64,000 nt of DNA from Bdellovibrionota bacterium. GTDB lineage: Bacteria > Bdellovibrionota > Bacteriovoracia > Bacteriovoracales > Bacteriovoracaceae. Below are positions 1 through 9,455 of the stretch, piece after piece (the first letter of the stretch is position 1; the number at the start of each line of letters is the position of its first letter). The position numbers and the translations under genes were made by a program. Where the stretch lies: positions 9,945 to 73,944 of the forward strand of contig JAYZFM010000042.1 in the NCBI GenBank assembly GCA_036336775.1. The letters run 5' to 3'. Under the pieces are notes generated by a model. The model was not told where the DNA came from, ran no database searches, and was given only the letters and a program-made list of their open reading frames with translations.

Positions 1-145
1 AACTAAATAGGCTGAATGAGCTTTATCGCAAAAACAAAGATATCGTTTTTTTACCTTCCCATTGCGAAGAGGGAAGAGGCCTGTTCAAGTGAAAAAATCA
101 GTGTTGTTTCTTTACTACTTTTTTTTGGCAAAATTTCGGCTTTTT

Positions 146-1372
146 ATGTTTGAAACTTCTCCAAACTTCTATAAGAAGTTGCATCTTTGGCGAGTTGTCA
201 AAAAAGCAAAAAAATCATTTTATTATTACAAGAAGATTAAATCATTTGAAGATTTTGAAATCATAAATAAGAAAAAATATCTCGAAAATTTTAAAGAACT
301 GAATCAACTTGGGTTGAGCTATGATGCTTGTTTGAATCAAGCTTTGTCTCAAGAAGAGTCTCGAGATTTTGCTCCTTTAGATAAAGAATTAGTTATCGGC
401 TTATCATCTGGTACGTCAGGACAAAGGGGGGTCTTTATTGCTTCAGCAAACGAGCAAATGCTTTGGGTCGCTAATATATTTTCACATTTACCTTGGTTTT
501 CTTTGTTCAGAAAAAGTAAGATAGCTTTTTTTTTAAGGGCCAATAGTCCCGTTTATGAGAATGTGTCCAGGTCCAAAAGAATTCAATTTGAATATTTTGA
601 CTTAACAATAAAATTTAACGATTTGCTAGAAAAATTAAAAAAATTTGAACCCACCGTAATTGTGGCACCTCCTTATATTTTGAGCATGATCTTAGATGAC
701 ATGGAGGCAGGGAAGAGTAAATTTTCAAACTTAGAGATAATAGTATCAGTTGCTGATACTATAAGTGAAGATTTGAAGGGGCGTCTCCGCAAAGAATTCA
801 ACTGTCCTGTTCATGAAATTTATCAAGCAACAGAAGGATTCTTGGCAGCAACATGTCGCTATGAAAATCTTCATCTCAATGACGACGTATTACTCTTTGA
901 AGAAAAAATAATTGATGAGAAAACCAATCGCTGGACTCCGATAATCACGGATTATTATAGGCAATCTCAAGCAGTCATTAGGTTTGAATTGAATGATACT
1001 TTAGTAAGTTCTAATAAAGAATGTCCATGTGGCTCTAAAAGAAAGCACATTTTAAAAGTAGAAGGACGAAATGATGAGACTCTTTTAATTCAAGGTCAGC
1101 GCTTTTTTCCTGATTATTTACGTCATGCTGTTCAAAATAGCCTCAGGCACTCTATTGATTTTTGTATCGTTCACCAAGCTGAAAATGAAGTCATGGTAAA
1201 GTTTGAAGGAGAAAAGGATTTGGCTCTTGTTAATGAAGTTGCTAATAATTTGGAAAAACTTTTTCATAGCAAAGAAGTCTTTGGAGTTAATATAAAATTC
1301 GAATTTGGTTTCCAAAGAGAACTTTGGCAGAAAAGAAAAAGAGTCTTCGGTTTAGAGGTAGAAAATGCTTAA
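146..1372 (+). CDS. adenylate-forming enzyme, PaaK / coenzyme F390 synthetase-like
   Basis: From ORF 62..1372. Motifs GLSSGTSGQRGVF and YQATEG are typical of PaaK/F390-synthetase-type acyl-adenylate ligases. The first ATG at 146 (MFETSPNF) is preferred over TTG at 62, whose 28-aa extension is basic and low-complexity. The 3' end overlaps the next gene by 8 nt. Confidence 0.6.
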   Translation: MFETSPNFYKKLHLWRVVKKAKKSFYYYKKIKSFEDFEIINKKKYLENFKELNQLGLSYDACLNQALSQEESRDFAPLDKELVIGLSSGTSGQRGVFIASANEQMLWVANIFSHLPWFSLFRKSKIAFFLRANSPVYENVSRSKRIQFEYFDLTIKFNDLLEKLKKFEPTVIVAPPYILSMILDDMEAGKSKFSNLEIIVSVADTISEDLKGRLRKEFNCPVHEIYQATEGFLAATCRYENLHLNDDVLLFEEKIIDEKTNRWTPIITDYYRQSQAVIRFELNDTLVSSNKECPCGSKRKHILKVEGRNDETLLIQGQRFFPDYLRHAVQNSLRHSIDFCIVHQAENEVMVKFEGEKDLALVNEVANNLEKLFHSKEVFGVNIKFEFGFQRELWQKRKRVFGLEVENA

Positions 1373-2444
1373 GGCTAATTATTCTTCCGCAACAAGCGAT
1401 TTTGATAGAGAACTAAAAGATAGAGTTTCAAAATATCTTGATAATCTTGGAACCGATCACTATCGCACTCGTAGTCAGTTTATCTTATTCTACCTTTTGT
1501 TTAGCTTAATAGGTATTTATAGAAGCTTTTTTTATTTCGATTATGCATTTTGGCAGACAGTAATAGTGCTACTCGTACTCGGGGTCCACCTTATTATGGC
1601 GGGAACAAGTATTTTACATGAGTTAACACATCAAGATATTTTTAAAAACAAAATTCTTAATAAAGCTGTTCTCGCAGTCTTTGATTGTCTGCTTTGTTTT
1701 AGTACGATTCAATACAAGCTTCGTCACCTTAAAGTACATCATAGTCTAACCAATGTAGGGGAGTTTGATTATGATTTAGATACTAATGGAGTTATAAGGC
1801 TTTCACCGAGTTTTGCCAGACAATCTATTCATCGTTACCAAAAGATTTATGCTTTTCTTTTGTATCCAATAGGTATTGTGCATATTGCATGGATAGAAGA
1901 TTTTAAGCGCTTTTTTACTGCGTCGGTTGGAGTACAAAAACATGAGGCATGGAAGAAAGCAGATTGGATTTGGCTTTTTCTTTCTAAAGGGATTCACTTT
2001 ATTCTTTTTCTTTTTCTTCCTGCAAAGCATTTTGGATGGTCATCAGTTCTGGCATCCTATTTTTTTGTATTTTTTATTTGTGGGTTAGGCATTTCTCTTA
2101 TATTTCAAGTCTCTCATGTGAATTCCAAGATAATGTATTTCGATAAGACTCCTCAAGATGGAGTCCTTGATTTACCATTTAGTTGGTACAGTCATCAATT
2201 ACGAACGACAGCAAACTACGGGACCAAATCATTTATCACTTTATTGTTCACTGGTGGTGTTAATTTTCAAGTAGAACATCATATGTTCCCTAATCTTTCT
2301 TATTGGCATCTTCCGGCTATTAATAAAATCGTAAAAGAACTTAGTGTGAAGCATAATCATCCGTATTTTGAATTTTCAACTTGGTTCCGTGCCGTACAGG
2401 ATCATTATTTTACACTTGATAAATTAGGTGGAGATGACTCTTAG
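1365..2444 (+). CDS. membrane fatty-acid desaturase, front-end (Delta6-FADS-like) type without cytochrome b5 domain
   Basis: Three histidine boxes are present: HELTH, HLKVHH and QVEHH (in GGVNFQVEHHMFP). There are multiple TM segments and no HPGG b5 motif at the N-terminus. Confidence 0.85.
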   Translation: MLKANYSSATSDFDRELKDRVSKYLDNLGTDHYRTRSQFILFYLLFSLIGIYRSFFYFDYAFWQTVIVLLVLGVHLIMAGTSILHELTHQDIFKNKILNKAVLAVFDCLLCFSTIQYKLRHLKVHHSLTNVGEFDYDLDTNGVIRLSPSFARQSIHRYQKIYAFLLYPIGIVHIAWIEDFKRFFTASVGVQKHEAWKKADWIWLFLSKGIHFILFLFLPAKHFGWSSVLASYFFVFFICGLGISLIFQVSHVNSKIMYFDKTPQDGVLDLPFSWYSHQLRTTANYGTKSFITLLFTGGVNFQVEHHMFPNLSYWHLPAINKIVKELSVKHNHPYFEFSTWFRAVQDHYFTLDKLGGDDS

Positions 2445-4715
2445 TTTTGCCTTTTGATAGCTTAGTTTTCCTTTTTCAAGTGTAAACAGCATTGCTGGAA
2501 GGAAAAATAAATCAATTATTAAAGCTGCAATTAGAGTTGTACAAATTGCTAAGGCAAAGTTTTTGTTGGGGGTAAATGATCCAAGTCCAAACAATGAAAA
2601 TATGCTGACTAGAAGTAGAGTTGTCATCGAAAGTGTTTTTCCTGATTGCGACAGCGTTTCAGTAATACAGTGGTATAAGCTAAGTTGCTTTTTCTGTGCT
2701 TGTTTTAAGTTTGTCAAAAAGTAAATTGTATCATCAATGGCGATTCCCATACTAATACTAAAAATTAAGACACAGCCAATATCAAAGGGACGACCAGTTA
2801 AATAAATCGTTGCAGCACCAAAGCTCGGAGCCAGAATATTTGGTATTAGACTTAGGATACCGTACGTGAAGGACCTAAATACAATGGTCATAAATATAAA
2901 GGTTATGATCATAACTAAAATCATAGAACTGATAAAAGAAGTAATTATATATTTATCTAACTTAGCAATTAAAGGAAGGCTGCCCGTTATATTTCCAGTG
3001 AGGCGATGTTTATTTAAAAGTACTTGAATCTCCTTTCTTCCTTTTTGTATTTCTATGGAAGAACTTCTTTTCCAAAAAAGTGAGACTCTTAATTCTTTGT
3101 AGTCATGGGAGATTTCTTTGAAGAGAGAATTCTCAGGAGTGCGGTCCAATTCAATGAAAAGAAGAATCTGGGCAATAAGTTCTTTGTTTGAGGGGATATT
3201 GTTCTTTTTTGAGTCAGCTGTGTCTAAAAGTCGATAGAACTCTTTAATATTGGTTAGAATTGAGTTCGTTTTGGTCACACCTTTTAGTTTTTTCAAATCC
3301 TTCTGAAACTCGTTAACTCGATTTAAAAAGTCAGGGGATTTGATCCCATTTGCGTGTTCTGTTTTAAGAACTATATCTACAGTGTTTGTTCCACCTATCT
3401 TTTCATTAAATTGTTCAATCGCCGAACGAAACTCTGTTTTCTTCGAAAAATAGGTTTGAATATTGCTATTGGGTGTATTTTTCATCGCCAATAGGAAGAA
3501 CACTATACTTGTTGCAATTGTAACTAATGTGATTTTTACTGAATGTTTATAAAGGACCGATGTAACGCGCTCTCCATCCATGGGACTATTTGATTGATTC
3601 TTTTTTCTAATTGGATTTAATTTGATTAAAGGCAAAAGAAAGAAAACGCAATATAGCCAAGCTAAAACGACACCAATTGAGCAGATTAGTCCCATTTGAG
3701 CAATGGGAAACAAGTCTGCTGTGAGAAAGCTAATAAATCCAAAAGCAGTTGTAATAGTTGTTAGTCCCGTAGGAAAAATATTCTTTTTAATACTTTTGGC
3801 GAGAGCATTTTCTGACTGATTTTGGTAATAGCTAACAAAGTGAATAATATCGGATAAGCATATTGCGATAACAATCAAAGGTGCCATACCAGTTAATAGG
3901 TCTAGTTTAATGTGAAGATGTCCTTGAATTCCGATAGTTGCCACTAATGTCAAAAATATTGTCAAAAGAGAGAATAGAGTCGCACTTACACTTCTAAACC
4001 ATAGGAAAAGGATCGCACTTAAGCATATGAAGGCAAGAGGTAAAATGATACTAAAATCACTGATTGACTCTTTTTCAAAGGCATCTCCAACAGCTGCCGA
4101 ACCTGTAAGGGCGATTTTTAAACCGGGTCTTTTGTATTTGTTTAAAATAATTTGATTGAAGTCTTCAATAACCTTTTTGGCCATTTCTACTTCATGACCG
4201 GGTTTCGCTTTGATATTTGCATAGATTGCAACAGATCTTTTATCTGGCGAAATATAGAAGTCATTCAGTTGCTCATGCTGGTTAAAGCTATCTGATCTCT
4301 CTTCAAGATAACTATCACTCCAGTTTATCTCTTCATAATGTTCTATAAATGGGGTGGTTATTATTTCTTCAAATTTTGAATTAGCAATAGGTGTATTGGT
4401 AATTGATTTAGTCTGAGTAACATTTTTTAAAAGACCTAAGTCCTCTGTCATATCAAAAACAGACTTTAGATTTTTCTTAGTAAAGACTGATTCATTAAAG
4501 TCTAATAAGACTATCAAATAGGTATCAGAGCCATACTTTTTGGTAAAAGCATCAAACTCCTCAATCGCTTTATCCCCTTGGCGAAACCATGCCTTTTGGT
4601 CGTATTGTTTTTCAATCTTGCTAATCCCGCTTCCTAAAAAAATTGCAAAAAGGGCAGTAGTTGAGATCAGAAATTTTGGAAATTTCTCTATCGCTTTAAG
4701 TATGTAGTTTGTCAT
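2424..4715 (-). CDS. MMPL / RND-superfamily exporter
   Basis: From ORF 2424..4769. The start is moved to ATG 4715 (MTNYILKAIEKF) because the longer form overlaps the stop of the upstream gene. Two roughly 6-TM bundles are separated by large soluble loops. MMPL-like motifs ICLSDIIHFVSYY and GIAIDDTIYFL are present. Confidence 0.7.
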   Translation of the reverse strand: MTNYILKAIEKFPKFLISTTALFAIFLGSGISKIEKQYDQKAWFRQGDKAIEEFDAFTKKYGSDTYLIVLLDFNESVFTKKNLKSVFDMTEDLGLLKNVTQTKSITNTPIANSKFEEIITTPFIEHYEEINWSDSYLEERSDSFNQHEQLNDFYISPDKRSVAIYANIKAKPGHEVEMAKKVIEDFNQIILNKYKRPGLKIALTGSAAVGDAFEKESISDFSIILPLAFICLSAILFLWFRSVSATLFSLLTIFLTLVATIGIQGHLHIKLDLLTGMAPLIVIAICLSDIIHFVSYYQNQSENALAKSIKKNIFPTGLTTITTAFGFISFLTADLFPIAQMGLICSIGVVLAWLYCVFFLLPLIKLNPIRKKNQSNSPMDGERVTSVLYKHSVKITLVTIATSIVFFLLAMKNTPNSNIQTYFSKKTEFRSAIEQFNEKIGGTNTVDIVLKTEHANGIKSPDFLNRVNEFQKDLKKLKGVTKTNSILTNIKEFYRLLDTADSKKNNIPSNKELIAQILLFIELDRTPENSLFKEISHDYKELRVSLFWKRSSSIEIQKGRKEIQVLLNKHRLTGNITGSLPLIAKLDKYIITSFISSMILVMIITFIFMTIVFRSFTYGILSLIPNILAPSFGAATIYLTGRPFDIGCVLIFSISMGIAIDDTIYFLTNLKQAQKKQLSLYHCITETLSQSGKTLSMTTLLLVSIFSLFGLGSFTPNKNFALAICTTLIAALIIDLFFLPAMLFTLEKGKLSYQKAKLRVIST

Positions 4716-4726
4716 TTTCCTATTCT

Positions 4727-5125
4727 CTAAAAGGTGGCATGTTTCTCGCCGTATTTTGTCGGGACACAATTGTATGTATCGACACCGTCTTTATGATAGG
4801 CAGCGAGGTAGTAATTATCTGACAAAATTAGGTATTGATTTGTGTCTTTTGGATTTACTGCAAAAATTCCTTCTGTATTAGTTGTATCAATTAAGAATTT
4901 GGGAGTTTCTCTAAATGTTTGGTTTTGATATTTTACTTGATCAACAAAGTACATTTCATTCGACCAGTTAAGATCTCCTTCGAAGCTATTTCCGATCATA
5001 ATATATTTCTTAATTGAAGTATCAGACTCATTAGTACAATCAAAGCGTGGAGTATGTGTCTCTTGGGCCATGGCAATATTCAGTCCGAGGGAAAATGCGA
5101 ATACCAGATAAATTGATGCCTTCAT
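4727..5125 (-). CDS. small secreted protein, unknown function
   Basis: Signal peptide MKASIYLVFAFSLGLNIAMAQE. It lies 11 nt upstream of the MMPL gene on the same strand. Confidence 0.5.
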   Translation of the reverse strand: MKASIYLVFAFSLGLNIAMAQETHTPRFDCTNESDTSIKKYIMIGNSFEGDLNWSNEMYFVDQVKYQNQTFRETPKFLIDTTNTEGIFAVNPKDTNQYLILSDNYYLAAYHKDGVDTYNCVPTKYGEKHATF

Positions 5126-5347
5126 AAAACTCCTAAAAATTATGTAGGGAGCGTATCATAGCGATTGTGCACCGCAATATTTTTGGGCACTGATTGTAAT
5201 TTTTACAATATATTCTTACCTTTTAAGACCTTTTTGATCGTCTTTCTCATTTGTTAAGAGGGGACGCCGGAAATATTTGTTAGACTGGTTTTAGACCTAT
5301 TTAAGGATAAAATAGGAAATAGATATTTAATTAAAAATGGATTTTTA

Positions 5348-7729
5348 ATGCTCAAATTATGGTTAGGATTAGTATTGACCTTATTGCTCACAGGATGTGG
5401 GGATCTCTTCATGAAAAACTCAGAAGATGGGGAAGTGGAATTAGACCAATTCGCTACTTGTGAGTTAGATATCGATGCATTCAGCTATATTTTAGAAAAG
5501 AATATTAAGGGTGAAATCTTATGCCTTAAAGAACAACTTGATCTTTTCATGGATGTTATTCGAACCGATAAGCCAGGTTATGTTTCTAAGGCTGTTTTAA
5601 CTGATTTTTTGATTAATGGACCAGTAGAAGTAGAAGATGATGTCGTCGATATAGTTGAGAACATCTTTGAGCTGAGTTTTCTTATCTTAGGTACAGATCG
5701 AGAATATATAAAAAGAGAAGACGTATATTCACTTATTGATTTTCTTGTTTTCTTTAATGAGCATATTTGGCGTTCTTATAAGTTCTTTAATTCTGAAGAT
5801 GATATCAACTACTCCCGTCAGTTAAGAGAAAGGCAAATTATATTTGATGAGTTTGCTCTCATTGCCGGAAAAATTCGTGAAATCTATCGACCACAGCGTA
5901 ATGGGGTAGATGTGATCGATACTGAAAAGTTTATTTTTAAATTCTTTAAAAAAGAAGGTCAAACGCTAGAGAAGATAAGAAGTTTGATGTTTCTAAAAAG
6001 GCTCTTTCTTGGCGGTCAAATTTGGGAACTCAACCATCTTGAAATTAGTCGAGCTCTTGAAATCTTACCTTACCTTGCTCAAGTCGCTTTTGATGTTTCT
6101 AAAATTGAAAATTATAAATTTGAACAAGAGCAAGAAACCCTGATTAAAGTCTTCATGAAAGATATTGATATCGTCAAAGACACGATGTTTTATACAGAGG
6201 ACTCTTTTGAGTCTGTTTTTACTGTCTATGATGTGATCAATGCAGTTAAGACAATGATACCTGATTTAACAGACGATATTGATGTTGCAAAATATCCTAG
6301 AGAGATTATGCGAGTTAAAGAAATTTTCTTAGGTGCAGGCGGGGAGTTTTTTTCGTCTAAAGAGATTGCTACTTTTTTAAATCTCGGGTCTAGCATTCTA
6401 GATGAAGCGATTACTTTCTATCGGATTTATACATATTATCAAAATGAATTGGATGATACGAAACCAATTTCTCACGATTTTTCTGACTATCCAGTCACAA
6501 ACTCAAGAGAGCTTAGCTATAGAGAGAATTTTGCTCGGATTGTTAGTGGTTATAAGTTTGTGAAAGGAAATAGTATCTCTCCATACTTCACCCATGACTG
6601 GAGAAGAAACGCAAATGCTTATTTTCAAATTGGAGCGCTGGAGCGCCTGATTGGATATGTTTTCGATTTCTATGGAAGTAATAACCCCTCGGCTAGAGGC
6701 GGCTATGATATGACCCTAGATGAGACGGTCAATCTAATAAAAGATTTTAAATGGCTTCTTAGAGACTTTGGGATCATCGTCATTGGGAAGAAAGGTGGTG
6801 GAGAGATCCAAGGGGTTGCTGAAAATTTTGTATTGATGTCGACTCTTTTTCAATTTCAATCTGATGGATGCGGCGATAGTGTTTGTATGGAAGTTCCCGA
6901 GACAATGGAATTTCTTATTGGGATGTTGACGGCGCTTGAAATTAAAGACTTTTTTACAGATACGATGATGAGCCTATGTGCAACAGAATTAGATCAATAT
7001 AATAGAATTGCGCCTACTTGTTTTCGAGATAATTTTCTCAACGTACTTGAGACTTCAATTCCAAGTGATAAAGAGGGCAGGGCCATTTCTGATTTTATGC
7101 CACTTCTGCACAAATACATTAAAGAGTTAACGGCAGATATTGAGCCGAATGAGCCAATTACGAATTCACCAGATTATTTAAAATTTATTACTGAGACAGA
7201 AGCCTTCACTAGAAGTTGTATGTATTATGACGAAGCTGATACCGACGAAGTCTATTTAAAAAGTAACGATGCATTTGCGGTATTTGCGGGTCTTTTAAAT
7301 GTTGAATCCACTCTTTTAAGATTTGATATTAATGGCAATAATAAGCTCGATGGTGTTAATGGTTTTAATGAAGTCATGCATGCCTATTATAACGTCTACG
7401 AAGGAGCGATAAAGGCTCTTGTGGCTCCTGATGGTGGCTTTATGGAGAAGCTAGCTAAGCCAATCTTTAAGTATCTTATAAAAAATGGAACTGTTCCTGA
7501 GACCAATAGATTCAGCAGCATTTGGAAATTTGTTAAATTCCTATTGAAGAGAAATAAAGATGCGGATGCTTCAAGAACGACAGTTGCGACTATTTTAAAA
7601 ACTCTTGGAGAGCAATCAGAAACTGGAAAACTCTATCCTTTTAAGTGTGAGGAATGTCTGCGAGATCCAACAATAGAGTGTGTGCCAGAAGGAAATGACT
7701 GGGAACCAAGAAATACTTCAACTTATTGA
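5348..7729 (+). CDS. large lipoprotein, unknown function
   Basis: 793-aa ORF with lipobox LLLTGC at the N-terminus. I recognised no family motif. Confidence 0.6.
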   Translation: MLKLWLGLVLTLLLTGCGDLFMKNSEDGEVELDQFATCELDIDAFSYILEKNIKGEILCLKEQLDLFMDVIRTDKPGYVSKAVLTDFLINGPVEVEDDVVDIVENIFELSFLILGTDREYIKREDVYSLIDFLVFFNEHIWRSYKFFNSEDDINYSRQLRERQIIFDEFALIAGKIREIYRPQRNGVDVIDTEKFIFKFFKKEGQTLEKIRSLMFLKRLFLGGQIWELNHLEISRALEILPYLAQVAFDVSKIENYKFEQEQETLIKVFMKDIDIVKDTMFYTEDSFESVFTVYDVINAVKTMIPDLTDDIDVAKYPREIMRVKEIFLGAGGEFFSSKEIATFLNLGSSILDEAITFYRIYTYYQNELDDTKPISHDFSDYPVTNSRELSYRENFARIVSGYKFVKGNSISPYFTHDWRRNANAYFQIGALERLIGYVFDFYGSNNPSARGGYDMTLDETVNLIKDFKWLLRDFGIIVIGKKGGGEIQGVAENFVLMSTLFQFQSDGCGDSVCMEVPETMEFLIGMLTALEIKDFFTDTMMSLCATELDQYNRIAPTCFRDNFLNVLETSIPSDKEGRAISDFMPLLHKYIKELTADIEPNEPITNSPDYLKFITETEAFTRSCMYYDEADTDEVYLKSNDAFAVFAGLLNVESTLLRFDINGNNKLDGVNGFNEVMHAYYNVYEGAIKALVAPDGGFMEKLAKPIFKYLIKNGTVPETNRFSSIWKFVKFLLKRNKDADASRTTVATILKTLGEQSETGKLYPFKCEECLRDPTIECVPEGNDWEPRNTSTY

Positions 7730-8001
7730 TAACTAAAAGTCGGAGTGGAGTCATCACTTTTTTTGATCTCAGGAAGTGCTTCTTCAAAATATTTTTGAAG
7801 GCTCGCTGGGATCTGTAATGCTCTATACTTCTTACCGTTAGTAAGCCTGATCCAGTAACCATCAAGAACATCTCGATCATCTGTTGTCATTTTAATTGGT
7901 TTGATAGAAACGATCTGATCAAGATTGATAAGCATATTATGCTTCTCATGATTACGTTGAGCTTCATTGTAAGTAAGAATAGTAAACTTGTGAAAATTCA
8001 T
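7723..8001 (-). CDS. small cytoplasmic hypothetical protein
   Basis: 92-aa ORF without a signal peptide. A weak pattern (LINLDQIVSI ... IRLTNGKKY) is reminiscent of FlbD but is insufficient for a call. Confidence 0.4.
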   Translation of the reverse strand: MNFHKFTILTYNEAQRNHEKHNMLINLDQIVSIKPIKMTTDDRDVLDGYWIRLTNGKKYRALQIPASLQKYFEEALPEIKKSDDSTPTFSYQ

Positions 8002-8049
8002 GCTGCTAATTTATAAGTGTTTGAGAAAAGAGAGAAGAGATTTGAAATA

Positions 8050-8077
8050 TTTTCAGGCTGATCTAACAGCCTGAAAA
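8050..8077 (-). terminator. intrinsic terminator hairpin downstream of 8089..8736
   Basis: Perfect 11-bp stem ttttcaggctg / cagcctgaaaa with a 6-nt loop. The A/T-rich arms give U-tracts in either orientation. Confidence 0.55.
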
Positions 8078-8088
8078 TAGTTGTTTTT

Positions 8089-8736
8089 TTAATAACCTAG
8101 TTCTGAAGCGACCCGAGAAACAATTCCACCGATCCCATAGGGAACTGAGTAGGGACGATCATCGTTATAATTGTAGTCATGGCCAAAGCCCATTTTGTGA
8201 ACCCATTCGTGTGCTAAATTGGCAGCAACATCTTTTGAAGTCCATGATCTTTTACGATAAAACTTCGTATGAATCCAAATTCTCATCGTATCAGGTAGAG
8301 TGTAGCCTTTAACTTTGCTAAATGGATTCCAGCTTCTATATAAAGTCAGATCAAAATTCATTATATGGTCTGCCTCAGGCATTAAGACTTCTGCTCCAGT
8401 CATTAAATGGGCATAGATCTCTTCATTACTCATACCATTGTTGTCATTGAATCTTCTTTCTCCATTAAAGGAAAATCCATAAACAAGCTCTCTGAAGCGA
8501 CTTGAATTCATAACGGCTTTAAGAATCTCAACACCTTTATTCAGCTTTTTAATATCAGATGAGCTAGAGAAGTTTCTGGTATAAACATCAACTCCAAGTT
8601 CAGGAAATTGAGCTTTCTCTACGTGTTTAACATCCATAAACTTATAATGATTAAAATCATGATGACCAGAGGCCATTACTTGATAAGACATTAGGGCGGC
8701 AAAGGCACCTAATAAGAAATTCCTTTTCATAGACAC
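8089..8736 (-). CDS. secreted metzincin-like zinc metallopeptidase
   Basis: Signal peptide MSMKRNFLLGAFAALMSYQVMA. It carries the exact extended zinc-binding signature HExxHxxGxxH as HEWVHKMGFGH. Confidence 0.6.
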   Translation of the reverse strand: MSMKRNFLLGAFAALMSYQVMASGHHDFNHYKFMDVKHVEKAQFPELGVDVYTRNFSSSSDIKKLNKGVEILKAVMNSSRFRELVYGFSFNGERRFNDNNGMSNEEIYAHLMTGAEVLMPEADHIMNFDLTLYRSWNPFSKVKGYTLPDTMRIWIHTKFYRKRSWTSKDVAANLAHEWVHKMGFGHDYNYNDDRPYSVPYGIGGIVSRVASELGY

Positions 8737-8802
8737 TTCCTTAGTTTTTTGGTTTAACCTCGAATCGGTAAGTGGTTATTTTTTTTGAGGGTGCGTTAGA
8801 AC

Positions 8803-9375
8803 ATGGAAAAATTTTCTATAGGCGATGTGTCGAAATTGCCTAGTCCACAGGAGCGACGAAAAGCAGTATTAGAGCCAATGAAAGAGCAGTTCGCTCAAGG
8901 AATGAACTGCGCAAACTGTATCGGCCACTGCTGTACCTCCCTATATAATTCAATGCAAGTGACCCCGCTTGAGGCAATTGATCTCTATATATATCTAAAA
9001 AACGAGAACAGAATTAATGAGGATTTGGTTACCGCGCTCAAAGACTGTGTGAAAACATTTAGGTTAGATTATGTGATTAGTACTGGTCGTAATTCGACCT
9101 TTCGCCGCAGCTACACTTGTCCTTTCTATGAACCAGGAGCCAAGGGGTGCTCTATTGATCCTCAATTTAAACCTTACGGATGCCTGGCATTTAATCCTCT
9201 TAAAGTGGGGGTGAGTGAGTCTGGGAGTTGCACCTCTTATATTAAACTGCTTGAAAACCGAGAGTCTCAGTCGGAAGATGAAATTAATGAGAAACTTCAA
9301 GGTCAACTTGGGCTTCCTTGGCAAAAAGAAAGTCTACCTATCGCCCTTCTAAAGTTGATTGAATTGTTTGAGTAA
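8803..9375 (+). CDS. YkgJ-family (UPF0153) zinc/iron-chelating Cys-cluster protein
   Basis: CANCIGHCC motif near the N-terminus, plus further conserved Cys residues (YTCPFY, GCSID, YGCLAF). Confidence 0.55.
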   Translation: MEKFSIGDVSKLPSPQERRKAVLEPMKEQFAQGMNCANCIGHCCTSLYNSMQVTPLEAIDLYIYLKNENRINEDLVTALKDCVKTFRLDYVISTGRNSTFRRSYTCPFYEPGAKGCSIDPQFKPYGCLAFNPLKVGVSESGSCTSYIKLLENRESQSEDEINEKLQGQLGLPWQKESLPIALLKLIELFE

Positions 9376-9416
9376 AAAATTAATTTTTCCTTAGTGATTA
9401 GAATCTAAATTACCGA

Positions 9417-9422
9417 TATAAT
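9417..9422 (+). promoter_or_regulatory. candidate -10 box (TATAAT) upstream of glnN
   Basis: Exact tataat 34 nt upstream of the ATG at 9456. RBS aaggagag lies at 9443-9450. No convincing -35 element. Confidence 0.3.
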
Positions 9423-9455
9423 GTAAAAGTTCATATTAATCACAAGGAGAGTGAC

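Noticed and set aside
55-84. A hairpin ccttccc/gggaagg near the window start, considered as a possible terminator.
   Set aside because: No U-tract follows it in either orientation. The T-run precedes the stem on the + strand.
62-145. A TTG-initiated 28-aa N-terminal extension of the adenylate-forming enzyme ORF.
   Set aside because: The extension is basic and hydrophobic with low complexity and no homology signal. The first ATG at 146 gives a plausible N-terminus. The true start remains unverified.
7723-8001. Possible FlbD-like flagellar protein (LINLDQIVSI ... IRLTNGKKY).
   Set aside because: The similarity is limited to two short patches, with a 20-aa insert and a longer N-terminus. That is too weak to call without a profile search.
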